Shown here: positions 26,036 through 39,419 of the stretch, piece after piece
Layout: every line of letters starts with the position of its first letter
Position numbering within the stretch: the first letter of the stretch is position 1
Assembly (NCBI RefSeq): GCF_004010195.1
Contig: NC_057718.1
Span: forward strand, 105,523,024 to 105,587,023
DNA from: Chiloscyllium plagiosum
Lineage: Eukaryota
Length of the DNA: 64,000 nucleotides
Direction of reading: 5' to 3'
Position numbers and translations under genes: made by a program
The notes under the pieces: model-generated
What the model saw: the letters and a program-made list of their open reading frames with translations, nothing else
Told to the model about the DNA's origin: nothing
Database searches by the model: none

Positions 26036-28519
26036 CTGCCAGGGATTAACAATTGTTTTCATATCATTATCCAACATTTGTCTAAATTTATATTCAATAA
26101 AACAGTTTAATTCCCTATATATTTGCAAAGATAAAGTTTAACAAAAGATAAAATCTTTGCTCACACAAAGAATCTTTAAGTCATGATTTACATCAGCTCT
26201 ATATATCAAATACTAACATCTAAAGTAATTGCTTTGTTCCCTTATTCTAGCTTGCTATCATCTGTATAGGAAATTACCAATTTACCTGCCAGTTTCTGAC
26301 AAGAACTAATTTCTAATATTGTGCCAATTGAAAAAACCTACTATGACAGGCTAAAGGTTAAGGAGTACTGGTGTAGAATAAAGAATGGAAAATTGCTGAC
26401 TTACATTTTATTATCCAAATATTTGTGTGATTTATTAACACATTAACAATGTAATTTTCAGCTTCTCTTTTCCAGGCCGCCAATATTTATGCATTTGCCG
26501 TTCCCCAAGGACCCAAGAACTATGGTGTGTGGGAGAAGCAGATATCAGGGTACGTTGTACCCAAAAAATATTGCATTCTGCTGCTAATCTTGTATTATTT
26601 CTAAGTGTTTTGAAAGTAAATAGAAAAAGGCTGAGATGCATGACTAATAGCTTAGCCTACTGAATGTTGAAACTGGTTATCAAATGCTACCAAGGCTGTG
26701 CCCTTCCTCTGCATTAAGACAATCAGTAATGAGGGGGTCCTCTAACAGCCTATTCTCTTGCCTTGAGGAGGTATGGGATGCAGAATTCTCAAGAGAAGGT
26801 AACAGTTTACCCTCTCCTACAATCGCAGAATGCCTCATTTACAAATATCTAAACTGCATTTACAAACATATTCAATCTGCAGTCAATTGCCCCTTGTGAG
26901 AAAAGCTGCTTTGGGACTATATTTTAAATTTCTAAAAAAATGCTGACTGAAGCTTATAAGACAATTCTAATAAAAATTGACTAAGTGTGGTTGATGTTAA
27001 ACAGAAGATGAATTCTATTAGAAGATGAATAATGTAACAAAAAGATTACACAAACCTTATTCCCTCTTACACAAATGTAAACACATTAATGCAGACTAAT
27101 GTTTTGCAACTTTATGGCAGTAGAAGTGTTACAAATCAACAGATATAACTACTGAATGGAATCTTGTTAAGTAACACCACCACAAATAGATGTAAGACAA
27201 AGAAGCCAAAAAGAAAAATTCTAATTACTGGCATACTGGACTCTTCAATATACCTCCCGAAAACTCAAATAGTAATAACATATAAATAACATACACATAC
27301 AAAGAGGCTTTTCAAACTCACTTGCAGCAGAGATAAACCTCGTAACATTTATTTCCTCCACAACATGTTACTAAGGCCTGGCATTTGCGAACAAATAAAG
27401 ATCAGTCTAAGCCTAGTAAGGTGTAAAAATATCAGTATGATTAGCTCACAAATCCCATTTTGGGAAACCTTTTTATGCCAAGGGACTTCTGCCACTTTAC
27501 AAATTTATTCCTTTAAGCTGGGTTAATTCAGTTAGCTTGCCAATTCATTGTGTTTTTCTCAAGCCAGCTTCATATTGCATTAAAGCCATTGAAGAAAGCT
27601 AAATTGAATGAAAAATCAGACTGATCTGAGCTCCTCTTTGTTTAAAGCAAATACAAGTCTTTTCCTGCTACCTTGCTTTCATCACTGACGTATAGGAACC
27701 GATAGTGTAAAGGAAAGCAATGAAAGTCATTGTTTTTCAACTTCAAAGAGCCTCCTGTGGAAGGAAATCCTCTCAGTCAGCATAGGCGGTCTCTAAAGAT
27801 ATTCCAGGTGGGTGTAAAGTTAGACAACCAAATTTATCCTAAAGCCAAAAATTTAAAAAAATGAAACTTTTTTAATTTTACAGCTGGAGTGATGTGGATA
27901 TTTTATCCTATGCACTTCTCATGTTAAGCAAAATGTTAAAATAATTTTGCATAAATAATTGAAATGACACAAGCACCACACAAACTTTAGAGCAGTACAC
28001 AATTTTCATGTTAACTGAGGTGCCAACATTTTTAAAAACCACTTCAAGCAATACACCTTCTGTTCTTTTATCATTTATATTTGTAAACACCTAGAAAGCT
28101 ATTTGTTTCAAACGCAAATGGGTGAAAACTTCTCCTTATTGCTGAGGTGATATCATATTGTTAGGCAATTCTGTTGTGAATAATATTAAATAATTTGTCA
28201 CACTATTAGCTGCTGTTACATTATTCAATTGCAAAACTCATTTCAGAATGAACAAGCCTGTCTACATGCAAAACAGCTGTAAAATAAGTCAAAAAACTAA
28301 TAAATCCAGAGTTATAGCAATTCAAAGTCTTTTGATTGAATTTCTACATCACAGCAAGCCAGCTATCCATGATTTAGCACTCCTAATGGCTTCCAAAAAC
28401 CATCTGCTAAACAAAAATATGGCCTTATTAACTGCAAACTATACTAAGTTGAATCAAAAACAGAAATTGCTGAGAAAATCTCAACAGATCTGGCAGCATC
28501 TGTGGAGAGTAATCACAGT

Positions 28520-30372
28520 TATGATAAGGGCCCATAGTGTTAGAGACAAGGTGCTAGAATGGATAGAAGCTTGGCTGTTTGGCACAAAGCAGAGAGTGGG
28601 CATAAAAGGGTCCTTCTCAGGATGGCAGCCTGTGGTGTTCTGCATGGGTCAGTGTTAGGACCACAACTTTTCACTTTATACATTAATGATCTAGATGAAG
28701 GAACTGAGGGTATTCTGGCTATGTTTGCATATGATACAAAGATAGGTAGAGGGACAGGTAGCATTGGGAAGGCAGGGAGACTGCAGAAGGATTTGGACAG
28801 GTTAGGAGAGAGGTAGACAAGCCACCTAGCGGATTCATTCCTCCCACTGACTAACCAGGTTATACCCTTTGCCTGTCTTCATCTATCCCCCATTTCACCA
28901 CCCTGCCCTCGCCATCCCCTTTATCTGCAGCTCCCCTTATATCCACCTCCAGTCCTGAAGAAACGTTACACCTGAAATGTTGACTTCTCCATCTCCTGAT
29001 GCTGCCTGGCTTGTATTGTTGTCTACCCTGGATTCCAGCCTCTGCAGAATTTTTTTGTCTCTAATGAGGTTAGGAGAATGGGCAAAGAAGTAGCAGATGG
29101 AGTACAATGTGTGAGGTCATGCACTTTAATAGAAAGAATAGAGGCATGGACTACTTTCTAAATGGGGAGAAAATTCAGAAGCCTGAAGTCTAAAGATACT
29201 TGGGAGTTCTAGTCCAGGTAAACTTGCAGGTTGAGTCAGTGGTTAGGAAGGCAAATGCAATGATGGCATTTATTTTGAGAGGACTTGATGCTGTGAAACT
29301 TGAAAGGATTCAGAAAAGATTTACAAGGATGTTGCCAGGGTTGGAGGATTTGAGCAATAGGGAGAGGTTGAATAGGCTGGGGCTGTTTTCCCTGGAGCAT
29401 TGGAGGCTGAGGGGTGACCTTATAGAGGTTTATCAAATCATGAAGGGCTTGGATAGGATAAATAGACAAAGTCTTTTCCCTGAGGTGGGGGAGTTTAGAA
29501 ATAGAGGACATAAGTTTAGGGTGAGAGGGGAAAGATGTAAAAAAGACCTAAGGGGCAACTTTTTCACGCAGAGGACGGTGCGTGTATGGAATGTGCTGCC
29601 AGAGGAAGTGATGGAGACTGGTACAATTGCAACATTTAAAAGGCATCTGGATGGGTATATGAATAGGAAGGGTTTGGAGGGATATGGGCCAAGTGCTGGC
29701 AGGTGGGACAAGATTGGGTTGGGATATCTGGTTGGCATGGACAAGTTGGACCGGAGGGCCTGTTTCTGTGCTGTACATCTCTATGACTCTATAAAAGCAG
29801 AGATGTACTTCTGAGGGTCTATAAGACCACATTTGGAGTACAGTGTGTGGTTTTGGGCCCCATACCTCAGGAAGGATGTACTGGCCCTGCAGTGGGTTCA
29901 GAGGAGTTTCACGAGAATGGTCCCAGGAATGAAAAGCTTAACATATGAGGAACATTTAAGGACTCCATCTATACTCGATGGAACTTTGAAGGATGATGGG
30001 GGGGGGGGGAATCTAACTGAAACTTAAAGAATAATGAATAGCCTGGATAGAGTGAATGTTGGAAAGATGCTTCCATTAGTAAGAGAGACGAAGACCTGAA
30101 GGCTCAGCCTTAGAGTAAAAGGACGACCTTTTAGAATGGAGATAAGGAGAAATGTCTTCACCAGAGAGTGGTGAATCTATGGAATTCAATGCCACAGAAG
30201 GTTGTGGAAGCCAGGGTTGTTGAGTATATTTAAGACAGAGATAGATAAGGGGATCAAGGGTCACTGGGAGAAAGCAGGAGAATGAGGTTGAGAAATTTAT
30301 CAGCCATGATCGAATAGCGGAGCAGAGTCAATAGGCTAAATGGCCTAATTTCTGCACCTGTGTTTTATGGTC
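28520..30372 (+). mobile_element. CR1 RT/3' region with nested pLTR (28810-29066) and nested second CR1 3' end (about 29290-29790)
   Basis: GSVLGPQLFTLYINDLDEG...FAYDTK RT motif. Nested CR1 ends in ctatgactctat. pLTR flanked by AGGTTAGGAGA at 28799-28809 and 29067-29077. Confidence 0.9.
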
Positions 30373-30479
30373 TTAACATTTCAGGTCACGTGATCCTTCA
30401 TGTGGAATGAAATGTATGTTTTCATTTAAATTGAAACTAATCATAATTACAAATGCCCAGCATAAAATACATATAGGAA

Positions 30480-31835
30480 AGCAAGACAATGTGGAAAAAC
30501 TCAACAAGTCTAACAGCATCTGTGGAGAGAGAGTTAGACATTTCAGGTCCACAGTCTGTATGAGTTCTGACAAATGGTCACTGACTAGACCTCTGTCTCT
30601 CTCTGCCACTAGACTTGCTGAGAATCTCCAACACTTCTCATTTCTATTAGAGCAAAGAGAAATCCTCTGGATGGTTTTCCAAAAAGCTTTTGAGCCTGTC
30701 ATTCCTCTTCAGCAGGAGACCCAGGGCCAAGTGCCTGAAATCTAATTTTCAGCATTAAATGTGAATTGAAAAAATTTTTTAGGTAAGCAAAAACAAAACT
30801 TGAACAAAAAAACACTAACATCAATATGATAAATTTTTTTTATATGAAATAATCAATTAACAAAGTGATTTTTTTTTACTCTTTGCTTAAAAAGCAGGGA
30901 CAGAGTTAGACAGATTTAGCTGCAAATTCTCCCTGGTCCAGGCAGAAATCAGTGTAGGGAAGGTGTTAATGTGGCTAATGTGAGGGGTTGGGTATAATTC
31001 ACATTTGCCTCTGGTAATGGAGAGGGGACACGGAGGAAGGAAAGATGGAAGGAGAGTGTATAGAGTGTATAGCTAGCCCATGAGACTCTATTGAGAGAAG
31101 AGGAAGGAAGGAAGTCAAGTAGGGAGTTGATGGGCAGAATGGGGAATGATCCATCAACCACAATTGAAGTAGATGGAAGGATGTCAGGTTGGAATAGCTG
31201 GGGTCAGGGTCAGGCCACTCACACCACTGAAATAAAGTTGGAGGTAGAAGTGAGGCATAGCTAGGTACTTTAACTTCCTTCGCCTTGCACATCAGATGCA
31301 TCTGGCCACTTTGAACAGAACAGTTTCTGAATCTGACTTCGTGAGAAAGAAAGGAGAGACATAGTAATCTGGCACGTCCTTCTTGGCCAATGAAGGCCAC
31401 ATTACAACTTTCCAGACTCAACACTACGTTCACCAATTTCAGATTGTATTCTGTCCCACCACTTTGTCTCCTTTCTCTTTGCAAACTTCAGTTCTAGCCT
31501 CATTTTTTGGTTGGAGCTTGCTTTTGGCTGGCAGTTGGTCTTGTTCTGCCATTGACACAATATATTTTTGGTTTTTTTTGTACTTGTCCCATTCTCCCTC
31601 TCTTTGGCCTTGAATCACCAACTCATCTGTTAGTTCATCTCTCCTATCCTGCACTCAATCACAGACATTCATTTCCAGCCTTATCCATCGGGATTCTTTG
31701 CATCAGCTCTAAGGAGGGATCAACTTAAAATTTGAATATCACTTTACTGTCCATGTATATGACCTGACTGACTCAATATTTCTGTCATTTTGTTCTTATT
31801 TCAGATTTACAGCACCTGCAATATTTTGCTTTTGT
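30480..31835. mobile_element. Old Penelope/pLTR-derived remnants
   Basis: Decayed pLTR terminal motifs (ggaaaaactcaacaagtctaacagcatctgtggag; tttcagatttacagcacctgcaatatttt). Confidence 0.5.
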
Positions 31836-31849
31836 GGTGTTTTATGTCA

Positions 31850-32280
31850 GCAAGGCTCAGTTAGTTGCACTATTGCCTCTGAGTCATAAGTTACCAGGTT
31901 CAATTCCAAGTCCAGAGCTTAAGCATGAAAATTAAAGCTGACACTCCAATGCTGAACCAGGCTGCATTGTTGAATGACCCTGTATGAGCCTTCTCAGGTG
32001 GACATAAAAATTCCATGGCACTGTTTCAAAAAAGAACAGGCTGATATACCTGGTACACTGGCCAAGATTGATCCTTCAATCAACATCACAACAGATATTC
32101 ACAGATCATTACATTGTTGCTTGTGGAAGCTTACTGTGCACAAATTGACAGCCAATTTTTCTGCAACACAACAGTGACAACACTTTGAAAAGGTTCATTA
32201 TCTGCCAAGCACATTGAAATGTCCAGTGCTCATTAACGGTGCTATAATAATGGGTCTGTTTTGTTGTTGTCCAGAAATTG
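31850..32280 (+). mobile_element. Old tRNA-derived SINE with Deu-like central domain (SacSINE1/DeuSINE-like)
   Basis: A-box-like GGCTCAGTTAG, B box GGTTCAATTCC, then aggtggacataaaaattccatggcactgtttcaaaaaagaacagg resembling the Deu domain. A related 3' part is inverted at about 54045-54240. Confidence 0.65.
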
Positions 32281-32551
32281 TTTGTAGTCATGAGGGCATC
32301 AGAACTTGAGCTCATAAATATAGTCATTAATCAATGCAATAAAGAATTCAGGAATTTTTTATTTCCTTATACAGTGCTGTCAACACAGAATTCTCTGTCA
32401 CAAGTGGTTGCAGCACAGATGGATTTAAGGGGACTCGAGGTAAGTGTGTGAAGGGGGAAGGAACATGTGAATTGATAGGGTTAGATGAACTTAGATGGGA
32501 AGATCATATGGAGCATGCAGACTAGCATTGCCCTGATGGTCATGGCTCTGT

Positions 32552-34600
32552 TAGAACACAGAACATTACAGCGCCGTTCGGGCCCTTCGACTCTCAATGT
32601 TGCACCAACCTGTGAAACCAATCTAAAGCCCATCTAACCTACACTATTCCTTTATCATCCATATGTCTAACCAATGACAATTTTAATGTCTTTTTAATGT
32701 TGACGAGTCCAATACTGTTGCAGTCAGGCATTCCATGCCCTTACTACTCTCTGAGTAAAGAAACTACCTCTGACATCCATCCTATGTCCATCACACCTCA
32801 ATTTAAAACTTTCTCCTCTCGTGCTAGCCATTGCCATCTGAGAAAAAAGGCTTTCACTGTCCACCCAATCTAATCCTCTGATCATCTTGTATGCCTCTAT
32901 TAAGTCACCTCTTAACCTTCTTCTCTCTCATGATGTCCCTCAGCCTTTCCTCCTAAGACCTTGCCTCCATATCAGCCAACATCCTGGTAAATCTCCTCTG
33001 CACTCTTTCCAATGCTTCCACATCCTTCCTATAATGCGGCGACCATAACTATATGCAATAGTCCAAGTGTGGCCGCACCAGAGTTTTGTACAGCTGCAAC
33101 AGGACCTCATGGCTCCAAAACTCAATCCCTCTACCAATAAAAGCTAACACCGAGATCTCTCTGCTCATCCACACTCCCAAGAATCTTACTATTAGCCCAG
33201 TACTCTGTGTTCCTGGTACTCCTTCCAAAGTGAATCATTTCAGATTTTTCTGCATTGAAATCCATTTGCCACCTCTCAGTACAGCTCTGCAGCTTATCTA
33301 AGTTCCTATATAACCTGCAACATCCTTCTGCACTGTCCACAACTCTACCGACCTAAGTGTCGCTTGCAAATTTACTAACCAATCCTTCGACCCCCCCTCA
33401 TCCAAGTCATTTATAAAAATAACAAACAGCAGTGGATGCAATTAGTTACCACTAGTAACTAAATTCCAGGATGAATATTTCCCATCAACCACCACTCTAT
33501 CTTCTTACATCGAGCCAATTTCTGATCCAAACCACTAAATCACCCTCAATCCCATGCCTCGGTATTTTCTGCAATAGCCTACCGTGGGGAACTTATCAAA
33601 CGTTTTACTGAAATCCATATACACCACATCAATCATTTTACCCTCATCCACCTATGTTTGGTCATCTTCTCAAATAACTCAAATAGGTTTGTGGGGCACG
33701 ACCTAACCTTCACAAAACCGTACTGACTATCCCCAATCAACTTATTCCTTTCTAGATGACTATAAATCATATCTCTTACAATCTTTTCTAAAACCTTACC
33801 CACAACTGAACTAAGGCACACTGGTGTATAAATACCAGGGTTGTCTACACTCCTCCTCTTGAACAAGGGAACAACATTTGCTATCCTCCAGTCTTCTGGC
33901 ACTATTCCTGTAGACAATGATGACATAAAGATCAAAGCCAATGGCTCTGCAATCTCTTCCCTATCTTCCCAGAGAATCCGAGGATAGATCTTATATGGCC
34001 CAGGGGACTTAATCTATTTTTACACTTTCCAGAATTACTAACACCACCTCCTTATGAACTTCAATCCCATCTAGTCTAGTAGCCTGTATCTCAATATTCT
34101 CCTCGACAACATTGCCTTTTTCCAGCCTGAATACTGATGAAAAATATTAATTTAGCACCTGTCCTATCTCTTCGGCTAACCTGTAACTCTCAAGCGCCCT
34201 AACTGAGCCTTCATGTTTCAACTTTACATAAGCCTCCTTCTTCCTCTTGACAAAGAGCTTCAACTTCTTTAGTAATCCACAGTTCCTTCACTCGACCACT
34301 TCCTCCCTGCCTGACAGGTACATACTTATCAAGAACACGCAGTAGTCGTTCCTTGAATAAGCTCCACATTAAATTGTGCCCATCCCTTACAGTTTGCTTC
34401 CCCCTCCTATGCATCCTAAATCTTGCTTAATTGCATCATAATTGTCTCTTCCCCAGCCATAACTGGTGCCCTTTGGTTTATACCTGTCCCATTTCCATTG
34501 CTAAAGTAAACAAAACCGAATTGTGGTCATTATCACCAAAGTGCTCACCTACCTCCAAATCTAACACCTGGCCTGGTTCATTACCCAGTTCCAAATCCAA
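32552..34600 (-). mobile_element. CR1 LINE ORF2, fragmented
   Basis: VPEDWRIANVVPLFK...SQYGFVKVRSCPTNLFELFE and other RT pieces. Tail reads agaacacagaaca on the plus strand. Confidence 0.92.
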
Positions 34601-35099
34601 GCAGGACAAGAAAGAGAAGACAAAAAGAATGGGAAAGATAAGCACAAAGTGAAAGACGAGGATGAAAAAATATTCAAATATTCCAAATCGAAAGCTGCAC
34701 CAAGAAAACAGTCCAAGAGAGCATCTGGAGGCAGCAGTTCAGTGTGTAACAATAAGCAGCCCAAGAAGGTAAAACGACCCCAGCACCACCACCTCCCTCC
34801 GCCTCCTGCAAACATTAATGTGAGCCAGTTAGCTCAGATGGCTAGAATGTGGAAGAGAATAACATCAACAGCAGAGGTTTGACTCCTGTTATAGCTGGGA
34901 TAGACTTAGGAACTGCTTCATCATCCCACCCTAGAGTGTGGCAGCAATGGCAAATGCCACTGATTAAAAACAAAATGCCAATAAAAACAGCTCAGGATGA
35001 AGCATCAGCAAACAGACAATGAGCCAAAGACCTGCCTTTAGAGCAGAGAACGAAAAGAATAGAAAAGCATCAACTCAGCTTGGCAAACATTCCCACACG

Positions 35100-35372
35100 C
35101 ACTCGCTTTCCACAGCCCAACTATCCCTCTCTAGATGATTATAAATCCTATCTCTTATAACCTTAACACTTTACCCACAACCAAAGTACGACTCACTGGT
35201 CTCTAATTACCACGGTTGTCTCTGCACCTTTCCTTGAAAAGGAGGCAATATTTGTCCCAAGGGACTTATCTATTTTCATACTCTCCAGAATTGCTAACAC
35301 CTCCTCCTTATGAACCTCAACCCCGCCTAGTAGACTGTATCTCAGTATTCTCCTTGACAACATTGCCTTTTT
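35100..35372 (-). mobile_element. CR1 internal fragment
   Basis: Homologous to 33720-34125 with deletions. Confidence 0.75.
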
Positions 35373-35649
35373 TCAGCAATTTCTGTTTTTGTTTGATTTA
35401 CAGCATCCACAGTTCTTTTGGGATTATTATTTGTTCATGTGTTATCAATGTGTGTATGGATCAAAACTTTGTTTCGCTACCATATCTAATTGTGAATGGT
35501 GGTGCATAATCAAATAGTTAACCACATGGGTAGAAAGGACTGTGAGTGCTGGATAAAGTTCAGTCTATGGGCCTTGCCAACATCCCATGTTTAGCACTGA
35601 TGATTTCTGCTCTAGAACTAGCTGCATTTCTGGCCAAGTTGTCCCTGTA

Positions 35650-35899
35650 CAGCAACAACACTGGCAAATTACACACCAGCCTGCAACACACGCACCAGCT
35701 GGTTTTCGAAACAGTTTCTACCCTACTGTTGTTAGAATACTGAATGGACTCTCAAACACCTGTACCTGTGTTTTTGTTCTTGCCACTGTTTCCCTATTAT
35801 TTACTTATCTACGCTACTTAACTCTATGATCTGCCTGTATTGCTCGCAAGACAAAGCTTTTCACTGTGCCTTAGTACACGTGACAATAAATTCAATTCA
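35650..35899 (+). mobile_element. 3' end of a Rex1/Babar-like (or L2-like) LINE
   Basis: RT C-terminal FRNSFYPTVVRILN motif, then ...gtacacgtgacaataaattcaattca tail. Confidence 0.6.
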
Positions 35900-36819
35900 T
35901 CGATCTATCTGACAGGATTGCTCAGTATAGTTCACAAAAGCAGGACTTCAAGTTGCCAAGTATCACTTCGTTGATATATTACAGCTTCAGTTATTAGCAA
36001 AATGATCTATGATGTTGAAAGTAATGCTATCACGTGACACTTAGTCACCAAAAAGCTGTTTACTGACATTGAGGGATTTCATTAGAGTCCTTCAGTTTTG
36101 AACTTCATCACCATTGTCCTTATTTGGTGGTTAATTTAGCATCAAGATATCACTTCAGTTTTAGCAAAGCCCATCAACAAAAATGGAAGTGGGGGGAGGG
36201 GAATCTCTTCACTGACAGGGGTCATAATTAGTGCAAACCAAACGATTACTGGAAAATCTAGATTTTGCAGAGACTGGGGTCCCTGTGCTATTGTATACAA
36301 GGAATCTATTAATTCCAAGTTTTGAAAAACTAGTTAATCATTCATGCTCCATTACCGAATGATGTAAAGCATAATTACAGCTTTATCCTTTTGTGAACTT
36401 TCCATTAATCTCCATTATGTTTATTTTATTAAATCGCTTCATCTGATCTTACTATTTTGAATTTATAATGAAAAATTATTAATACTTGGTCGGTACAAAG
36501 TGTTTGTACAACATACATACTTGGCTTTCATTTTTAAGAGCTATCTGAATTATATTGTGGTGTTTTCTTGTCATATATGATATGTTGTTTTTCCAAAGTT
36601 CGTATTACTCTTGTGCAAATTGTGTTTGAAAATATAGAAATTGCTCGTTCATCTTTCTTTTGGTGTGGATTTAGGGAATAAGTCACAGAGGAAGGAGCTG
36701 GACTCCATTCTCTTTGTATTTGAGGTAAGTCATAATTGGCAATAAACTACAGATTCAGGAATGTTCTTTGTTTGAAGTGTCTATTTATATCATTGATCTA
36801 TCTGTGTCTTATCTGGCTA

Positions 36820-37425
36820 CTAATGTTCCCCTCTCTATTCTTGTCTAAGGATGGAAGTAGCAAGTGCATATATAAGATCAATTGTAATGTGATGTAGGAA
36901 TTGCATTGTAGGAAGGAGATAGGGAATAACGATGAGATGGCTTTTTGGAGTTGCTTGTGGTGGAGCCCACTAGGGAACATGCAGTTTTGGATGTAGTGGT
37001 GTGTAATGAAGCTGACTTGATAAGGGAGCTTAAGGTGAAGGAACCCTTAGGAGGCAGTGACTATAACATGATAGAATTGACTATGCAGTTGAGAGGAAAA
37101 AGCTAGAATCAGGTGTAACGTTGAATAAGGATAACTACAGAGACATGAGGGAGGAGATGGGTGGAATTGACTGGGAGAGGAGCCTAACAGGAAAGACTGT
37201 GGTACAGCAATGGCAGGAGTTTCTGAGAGCAATTCGAGAGATACGGCAAAAATTTATCCCGAGGAAAAGGAAGCATAGTAAAGGCAGGATGAGGCAACCA
37301 TGCCTGATAAGGGAAGTCAGGCATAGCACAAAAACAAAAGAGAAAGCATATGATGTGGTGAAGGGGATTGTGAAGCCTACAAAGACCAAGAGAGGACAAC
37401 TAAAAAGAAATAAGGATAGAGAAGT
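36820..37425 (+). mobile_element. Old CR1 fragment (endonuclease end/linker)
   Basis: EPLGGSDYNMIE and MREEMGGIDWERSL...WQEF...FIPRKRK remnants. Confidence 0.8.
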
Positions 37426-37429
37426 CTAA

Positions 37430-38798
37430 TGATGATGCTCCTTTAACAAGGTTATGTTGTCCTTGGCTTTTCTTTCAGAGAGGTTATAAAAATTAAAGTC
37501 TCCGAAAAGTCTACATTGAAGGGTTTTAGGGCCAGTTTGATTATAGCTAACAGATACTGCCTCAGGCAAAAGGCTTTTAAGTTTTTAAGAAAAACACCTG
37601 TACAATGAAAGGGGAGTGGCCAGTTCTACCAGCTCAGCTTTACTCTGGTTTGATTTGGTTTTGGCAGTCTGGCTATTCACTGAAAGAAGTCAGGCAAGTT
37701 TTGAAGCTGCGAGACCCAAAGAAGCAGGTTCATGCTGGTACTGTCTCTTTGACATCTCTCCTGTAAGATTCTACGTTTAATTTTTACCTTTTGTGCCAAG
37801 AGGTGTTTATGGGGATTGTGACAAGTATTTGGAATAACATCATTAATTTGGGACAATCTACTAGATTTTTAGATAGGTTAAGTTATTCTGTATTCTGTTC
37901 TCTTTTGTGTATGATTCATTTGGAAATCTTGTAAATAAAATCTGTTTTGTTGAAAACCAAGTGGTTTGTCCAGCAGCATCTCTCCTGGAATATCCACCTT
38001 ACACCTACTTAAAACAACTAGCAAACTTAGGGTCTGGGCTGCTTTCTTGAAATGTTTTGAGGGTGTCTGGCCTGGTCCATAACAGACTGGGGGCTCGTCC
38101 AGGATTTCTCCTGTAATTCATATTTGGGATTAGGCTTGTTGGGCTCTAAGACAGCGAGTGGTAGGTGTCAGTGTCTTTTAGTCTAGGTGTTTAATTTGGT
38201 TGGTTTAAATGGTGCTTGGGATAGCATTGGCTTTTTCAGTCACCAGGTGTTTTCTGGGGGTGGAAGGAGTGATCTGGAGGGTTTTGCAAAAGGTGATTAA
38301 AGCTAAGCTGCCAAAATTAGCAGACAAGCTGGAGTTGGAACTGCCTCCTTCCATGAGGCATGGAGAGCTAATTACTGAAATATGTCAGCATTTAAATTTG
38401 CTGGAAATGCCATCAGAATCTTTACAGATGGCTAAACTTCAATTGCAAATGAAGCAAGTTGCGTTCGGCAAAAGACAAGGAAAGACAACAGGAATGAAAT
38501 AGTTTGAATTGCGATTAAAAGCAGAGGAAAGAGAAAAAAGTGCTTTAGCAGAAGAAAAAGAAATAGAGAGAGAAAGAGAGAGAGAAGAAAGGAAGAAAGT
38601 TTGAGTTTCAGATACTGGCACTTAAATAGGAGTTCAAAAATTCACTTTCTGAAATAGGGAGGGCTCATGTGGAAGAGCAGAAATTAAAATGGCATGATTA
38701 GCAGCTGAAATGGCTGATGATTATGAGTTGGTCCATAAGTCAAAGTTTGGCTTCCAAAGTCAATTTCAATCCTTGAGGGATAGAAATCGGAGAAAATT
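37430..38798 (+). mobile_element. Gypsy (Gmr1-like) LTR retrotransposon 5' part: LTR (about 37430-38084), tRNA-Pro PBS (38088-38105), decayed gag
   Basis: LTR ends ...CATAACA with AATAAA inside. PBS TGGGGGCTCGTCCAGGAT is one mismatch from the tRNA-Pro complement TGGGGGCTCGTCCGGGAT. gag-like KLADKLEL...LQMKQ, an E/R/K-rich coil, and AAEMADDYELVHK. Confidence 0.8.
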
Positions 38799-38799
38799 T

Positions 38800-39127
38800 G
38801 GGCGGCACGGTAGGACAGTGGTTAGTACTGCTGCCTCACAGCGCCAGAGACCCTGGTTCAATTCCTGCCTCAGGCAACTGTCTGTGTGGAGTTTTCACGT
38901 TCTCCGTGTCTGCGTGAGTTTCCTCCGGGTGCTCCGGTTTCCTCCCACAGTCCAAAAATGTGCAGGTTAGGTGAACTGGCCATGCTAAATTGCCCGTAGT
39001 GTTAGGTGAAGGGGTAAACGTAGGGGAATGGGTCTGGGTGGGTTGCTTTTCGGAGGATCAGTGTGGACTTGTTGGGCCGAAGGGCCTGTTTCCACACTGT
39101 AAGTAATCTAATATAATCTAATCTAAT
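38800..39127 (+). mobile_element. tRNA-derived V-SINE (HE1-like)
   Basis: A box (GGACAGTGG), B box GGTTCAATTCC, V-domain-like gtttcctccgggtgctccggtttcctcccac, CR1-like 3' end gggccgaagggcctgtttcc and (AATCT)n tail. Confidence 0.9.
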
Positions 39128-39419
39128 TAGCCATTGCTCACATGAGAACAACATTATTCTGGCTATCCAACAGGGGGAATGTTGATAGTTCAAACCAACC
39201 CTGGAGATACTCCAGACTTTCCAACAAGAGGTAAAGGACAATTAACTAACACTGGTATGATCGTAGCGAAAATGGTCTATCAATAATCATCAACTGACTT
39301 AATATCAAAGATCTTCAAGATCTAAAAATGGTTCTAAAAAGGACTCTGTTGACCTACCAGCGATGCTGTCTGACAAGCCCAGTCAACTCATGTGGAATAT
39401 ACAAAACCAGCTGCACTGG

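Noticed and set aside
27672..27720. TTGCTTTC...GAAAGCAA hairpin as a ribozyme or miRNA
   Set aside because: Only an 8-bp outer stem, poor inner pairing and no complete catalytic core.
38800..38870. tRNA gene
   Set aside because: The A/B boxes are the head of a SINE, followed by a V-domain and LINE tail; the same applies at about 58050-58118 and 31850-31910.
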